64,000 nucleotides of DNA from Felis catus (lineage: Eukaryota), in the NCBI RefSeq assembly GCF_018350175.1, contig NC_058382.1:14570001-14634000 (forward strand), written 5' to 3'. Under the pieces are notes generated by a model that saw only the letters and a program-made list of their open reading frames with translations, made no database searches and was not told the DNA's origin. Each line of letters begins with the position of its first letter. The first letter of the stretch is position 1. Positions 41,885 to 64,000 of this stretch are shown piece by piece. A program made the translations under genes and the position numbers.

Positions 41885-44318
41885 CCTCTCCCACTTGTGC
41901 TCATTCTCTCAAAAATAAACATTAAAAAACAAAAATAGAGGCGCCTGGGTGGTTCAGTCGGTTAAGCATCTGACTTTGGCTCAGGTCATGATCTCACGGT
42001 TTGTGGGTTTGAGCGCCACCCTGGGCTCTGCGCTGACAGTGTGGAGCCTGCTTGGGATTCTGTCTCTCTCCTCTGCTCGTGCACTTGCACACGCTCTCTC
42101 AAAAACAGATAAACATTAAAAAAAATAAAAATAAAACAGCACCTCAAGTCTCCCAACCGCTCTATCTCCTTAGCATACCCACTCCCCTTATTTTTCTTTA
42201 TGCATTTATTACCTTGAGAAATATCTGACCATTATCTCCTCCATAAGAACATGTCTGTGAGAACATCAGAGCTCTAGGTCTAATTTGCTCACTGATGCAC
42301 CCTAGTGTCTAGAACAAGGCTGGGCAGTCAGCACTTAGGAAACACTTGCTGAGTAAGTGAATGAATGAGGGAAGTACTACTATTAACCTCCTATGAATGA
42401 GTAAACCGAGACCCCTGAGACTTTGCTGGGGTTACAGATACTACACCTTGGGGCTGGGGGGGTCATGCAAATTTTAATACTTCTTCGTAGACACCTGTGA
42501 GCCTTTAAAAAAAACCTATAGTTCAGGGGTTCAATCTGGCCCACACAGTTACATTTTAATTACTGTAACACCAGCAGAGGTCTTTTGAAAATATTGAACC
42601 GGTACTAGCACTAAATGCTGGCTGGAGGAAAGGCTGGGACAGCCGGGGCTGGGCGCCATCAAATCGGCCCAGGATACTCTCATCTGTGAAGAGTCAGTAT
42701 GGGCACCTGGTAAGAAGCACCACAGGAATATAGATGCAGCCTGAGCACGGCCTGTCCTGTTTACGCCTCACAACTGCTCTAAGACAGCTCCTACCATCAC
42801 CCCCATCCGAGAGACGAGAAAGTGGAGGCACAAAGATGCCCTGCCCAAGGGACACAGCTACCATCTGAGCGCCTCCAGGGAGCGTCTCGCTCAGCCCTCA
42901 AGCCCAGCCGACAACGAGGTAGGTACCGTTATCTCTACAGATGGAGAAACGGAGGCATGCGAGGTGAAGTAACTTGCCTGAGACCACACAAGGCAGGAAG
43001 TGGTAAAGCTGGGATGTGAGCTTGGGACAGTCTGGGACTTACACTGTGGAATGATACACAACTGCACTGTCCGCTGCAGGAGCCAGGAGCCACATGTGGC
43101 TGCTTGAATTAAAATTAAAATGAAACAAGGAGAAACTCCATTCCTCAGTTACTGTCATCACAATTCAGGGAATCCATAGCTCCATAGGGCCACTGGCTGC
43201 TGTGCTGGCCAGTGCAGATCCGGAACACGGAATAAACGTCACAGAAAGCCCCACTGCAGAGAAGCACTACACAGTCTGCCTATCCTAGTTAGGGGCCCAC
43301 ATTTAAGAACTGGGAGATTTGGGGGCGCCTGGGTGGTTCAGTCCATTAAGCATTGGACTCCTGATTTCGGCTCAGGTCATGATCTCACGGTTCATGAGTT
43401 TGAGCCCCATGTGGGGCTCCACACAGACAGTGTGGGAGCCTGCTTGGGCTTCTCTCTCTCCCCCTCTCTCTCTACCCCTCCCCTGCTCGTGTGCGCTCAC
43501 ACTGTGCTCGCTCTCTCAAACAAACATTAAAAAAAAAAAAAATCCCAATTTCTGGCTCTTTTTTTTTTTTTTTTTTTGGGAGAGAGAGTGCAAGTGTGCG
43601 AGCAGAAGAGAGGCAGAGGGAGAGAATCTTAAGCAGGTTTCATGCCCTGGCAGAACCCGACGCAGGGCTTGATCTCATCACCCTAAGATTATGACTTGAG
43701 CTGACGTCATGACAAGAGTCAGATCCTTAACTGACTGAACCACCCAGGCACCCAACTTCTGGCTTCTATTGAGAAAGCAGTTCAAGCAACTCCAGGCCCA
43801 CCTTCCCCGAGGGCCACAGCTGGCAGAGGGAACAGCAGCTGCCCTCCTGAGACAAGAGGGTCTCCGGGCTCCCAGAGCCCCACTGAGCCCACACTCGGCA
43901 CATACACACAGCAGCCTGGCATCGACCTGTCTCTAAAAGCCCCAGTGCCGCCCTCTCTTCCCTTTTCCACAGATGAGGAATCTGAGGTCAAAGAGGCAGA
44001 TGCTCTTTTTGTGGGTCACACAGCACATAGGAAGACATGGCCAGAGGGACCCAAGTTTTCAGATTCCCAGGCCAGGATTCAAAACCAGTCCTGATCCACC
44101 AGAGAACCTACTCCGTGCTCTGCAGCCGATCAGCCCCCATGGGACGATGACCCAAGAGTCCCGGACCTCACCCTGATGCCCCCATCTGAAGACTCTCCAG
44201 ACACAGGACTGTGGCATCTGGGATGGACTTTATTGGATGTGGCTGCCCGAGCCATGGTCTGGGAGCACTGGGGCCTGGGGCCCAGGACCTAGGCAGTGAG
44301 TCTGCAGAGGCTCAGAAG

Positions 44319-51175
<6,857 letters not shown>

Positions 51176-51961
51176 CTTGCGCTGACGCCACGCGGCCCCG
51201 CCCACTCGCTCCCTCCTCTCCCGTCCCCGGCTGGGGCCGCGGCCAATGGGGGCGCGGGGGACGGACGGGCGGACGGGAGCCCGAGAGAGACAAAGGCCTG
51301 CGGACGGGGAGCCGCGGGCGTGTTACCCTGGGGCCCGCAGGGCACGCCAACCGGGAGGCGGTCCGCGGTCCTCCCTGAGTCTCCCTCGGGCCTTGGGGCG
51401 CTCCCCCGCCTCTGCAGCAGCACGGAGCGGGGCACCCAGTGCCCGGGGGGTAAAGCTGAGGCCACCGTGAAGGAACCTTGAAGCCGCGAGCTAGACGGTC
51501 TCGCCCTGAGGGGGTCCGCCCAGAAGGCGGGCTGCCCGCCAGCCCTCCCAGACTCTCCCTCCCCTCACGTGGAGCCCGGAGGCCGAATCTGCCTTCTCTC
51601 CCGTCCTCAGAGTCCTTTCTTGCTCCTCCTCTGGTGACCTTCTAAGGAAGCGCCTGGAACGCCAGCCATTTCACCGAGGGCTCTGCCAAAGGAATGGCGG
51701 CCGGCTCTCTGGGGTCAGGCTTATTGGGACAGAAATCAATGAATAAGGGGCTACGGGTGAAGTAAAAGAGTCCATGGGGCGTCTGGGTGGCCCAGTCAGT
51801 TGAACGCCCCACTTCAGCTCAGGTCAGAATCTCGGGGTTCAAGCCCTACCTCAGGCTCACTGTGGTCAGCACAGAGCCTGCTTCGTATCCTCTGTCCCCC
51901 TCTCTGTCCTTTCCCTCGCTTTCTTCCCCCCTCCCTAGTGCTTTCTCAAAAATAAAATTTT

Positions 51962-52185
51962 TAGGGCCGCCTAGGTGGCGCAGTCGGTTAAGCGTCCGAC
52001 TTCAGCCAGGTCACGATCTCGCGGTCCGTGAGTTCGAGCCCCGCGTCGGGCTCTGGGCTGATGGCTCAGAGCCTGGAGCCTGCTTCCGATTCTGTGTCTC
52101 CCTCTCTCTCTGCCCCTCCCCCGTTCATGCTCTGTCTCTCTGTCCCAAAAATAAATAAACGTTGAAAAAAAAAATTAAAAAAAAA
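51962..52185 (+). mobile_element. Young felid Can-SINE nested in the tail of an older SINE
   Basis: Follows an older SINE (51776-51960) and is flanked by ATAAAATTTTTA duplications. Confidence 0.8.
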
Positions 52186-53229
52186 TAAAAAGATAAAATT
52201 TTTAAAAATCTCTTTAAAACGAGGGGAAAAAGTCTAATACTGCTTATGTAAGCTTTCAAAATGTGGAGAACGACCTTGTAACGTTTAGGGATAAATACTA
52301 AGGTAGTAAAAGTACAAAGGCAAGAAGACTCGGAATTCAGGATTATGGCCACCTTTGGAGGGGAATGGTCTGGGGCTGCTGCTTAAAGTGGGTCCTATCT
52401 GGTACATACTGTTCCCGAGGCTGGGTGCTGGGGACATGGGCGTTCAGGGTGTCCTAAGACCTTTTTGAACATGGGTAACATTTTAGAATACATTTCATAA
52501 CACATTTATTACAAAAAAGACGTATCAAATGAAGAAGGTGAAGGAAGGTCAAGGTACCAAGCCCCCTTCTCTCTCCCCCTCTCCACCCCCAAGCCACCAG
52601 ACAAGCCACAGCAATTCTGGGGTCATTGCTCTGTGGGCTCAAGAGAAAGGACCATCAACAGCTGTATCCCGCACCACAGGAGGAATTTAGGTTTTCCAGG
52701 CGGTTTACAGATTTTCACTTAACATAACTCGAGCAACAGTACAACGTGGCTAATCACGTGGCAGGCTCTGTTCTAATAATCTCGTGTCTTCTCATACATT
52801 CATCCCGAGAACCCTCCGTCTGGAATAGACAGCATCATTTTCCAGATGGGGAATTGGAGGCTTAGGTATCATCCAGTTACTTGCCCAGGAAGTAGGTGGG
52901 GTCTGCAAATGACCCCAGCTTAGAAAACACAGACACACACTTTTGACCAAACAGCTTTTTATTGAAAGACCTTAACACAAAAGCAAGCTGGGGAAGGGAG
53001 GGTACAAGAAGGTGGGGACCCTCCCCCAGACTCTACTCTGATTCCCATGAACATCAGGGAGGGAAATAGGAACCCAGAAAGGAAAATAAAGGAAATCCTG
53101 AACAATCAGATTAGCCCTGGTCCAGGCCCCAAACCTGGCCCAGACCTGTCAGAGCCAAGGGCCAGAGAAGGAAAGAGGACACTCTCCATCTGCCAGATAA
53201 TCTGCCAAAGTCCACCCGCCCTGCGTTCC

Positions 53230-63155
<9,926 letters not shown>

Positions 63156-64000
63156 TCAGGAGGGCCCTGGCCCTCCCTCTCTAACCCCAGACACAGGAAG
63201 GGCATGGAGATGGCAGGGACAGGGGGTGATGGGAAAGAAATCACACTGATGACAATCCCCCAAGTTCTCTCTGTCCTCTTTCCCCTCAACCCCGAAGCAG
63301 ACTGTCCATCTCTCCTCGGATGTCTAAAAGGCCCCTCAAACCTAGTGCAACCACAACTAACCTTACTCACCCCCCCCACACCTGCTCCCTGCCAGCCTCC
63401 TCCCACTCCATCATTCCTTCTGGTCTGGCACACGAACTGGCAATTGTTCTGGACTCCCTCCCTACTCTTCCGCTCATCTCCGGTGTGTTAGCAACTCCCA
63501 TGGGCTCTGCCTTCTAAACCCCTCGTCCCCCCTCTGACCTCGTCCCCCTCCTCTCTCCTACAACCCTGGGCAACCCAGGACTATGGTGGCACAGTCCCCT
63601 CGCTGGTCTCTGTAGCCCCATCTGGTCCAGTCTGGGGTTTGGCAGCCAGGTCCTTCTTTGTCGTGGGGGGCTGTCCCCTACACTGTAGGGTGCTAGCAGC
63701 ATCCCCGGCCTCTATCCACTAGAGGCTAGAGCAACTCCCCCCTCAGTTGACAGAACCAAGAAAAGGGACCACACTGTCCCTGCTTGAGAACGAGGAGTCT
63801 ATCCTCGATGAAGCTCCCAGAGTAATCCTATTAAAATCCACATCACACCGTGTCCCTCCACCTCACTCCGGAAGAAGCCAAAGCCTTACGACAGGCCACA
63901 GGTGCAGTCCCCTCCCTGAGCCCACTCCCGGCCACTCTCACCCTCACACACTCTGCTTCAGCCAGGGCAGCCCTGTTCACATGCTGTTCCTTCCGCTGCA

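Overview
Mammalian genomic DNA, almost certainly a felid carnivore given the dense felid-type Can-SINEs. It is syntenic to the human 19q13.2 SUPT5H-TIMM50-DLL3-SELENOV-EID2 block, shown in reverse orientation. Exons were reconstructed by hand from splice sites and reading phase. Genes present: EID2 (+, single exon), SELENOV (-, 6 exons), DLL3 (-, 8/9 exons), TIMM50 (-, 11 exons) and the 3' two-thirds of SUPT5H (-, one exon hidden in an N gap). There is also a full-length, ORF-intact ferritin light chain retrocopy head-to-head with EID2. Main unexplained structure: (1) SELENOV keeps its CGLU Sec codon but has a 1-bp frameshift in exon 1 and a SECIS whose AUGA core reads AUGC. An inverted, decayed copy of exons 4-5 lies downstream, and 96%-identical direct repeats flank the catalytic exons, which together suggest a selenoprotein gene in decay. 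(2) The FTL retrogene has a mutated IRE loop and has lost nucleation-site glutamates. (3) EID2B is not found where synteny predicts it. (4) A 1-bp deletion truncates the DLL3 intracellular tail, which also warns that indel errors in the assembly are possible. Comparisons with human and mouse sequences are from memory and were not computed.
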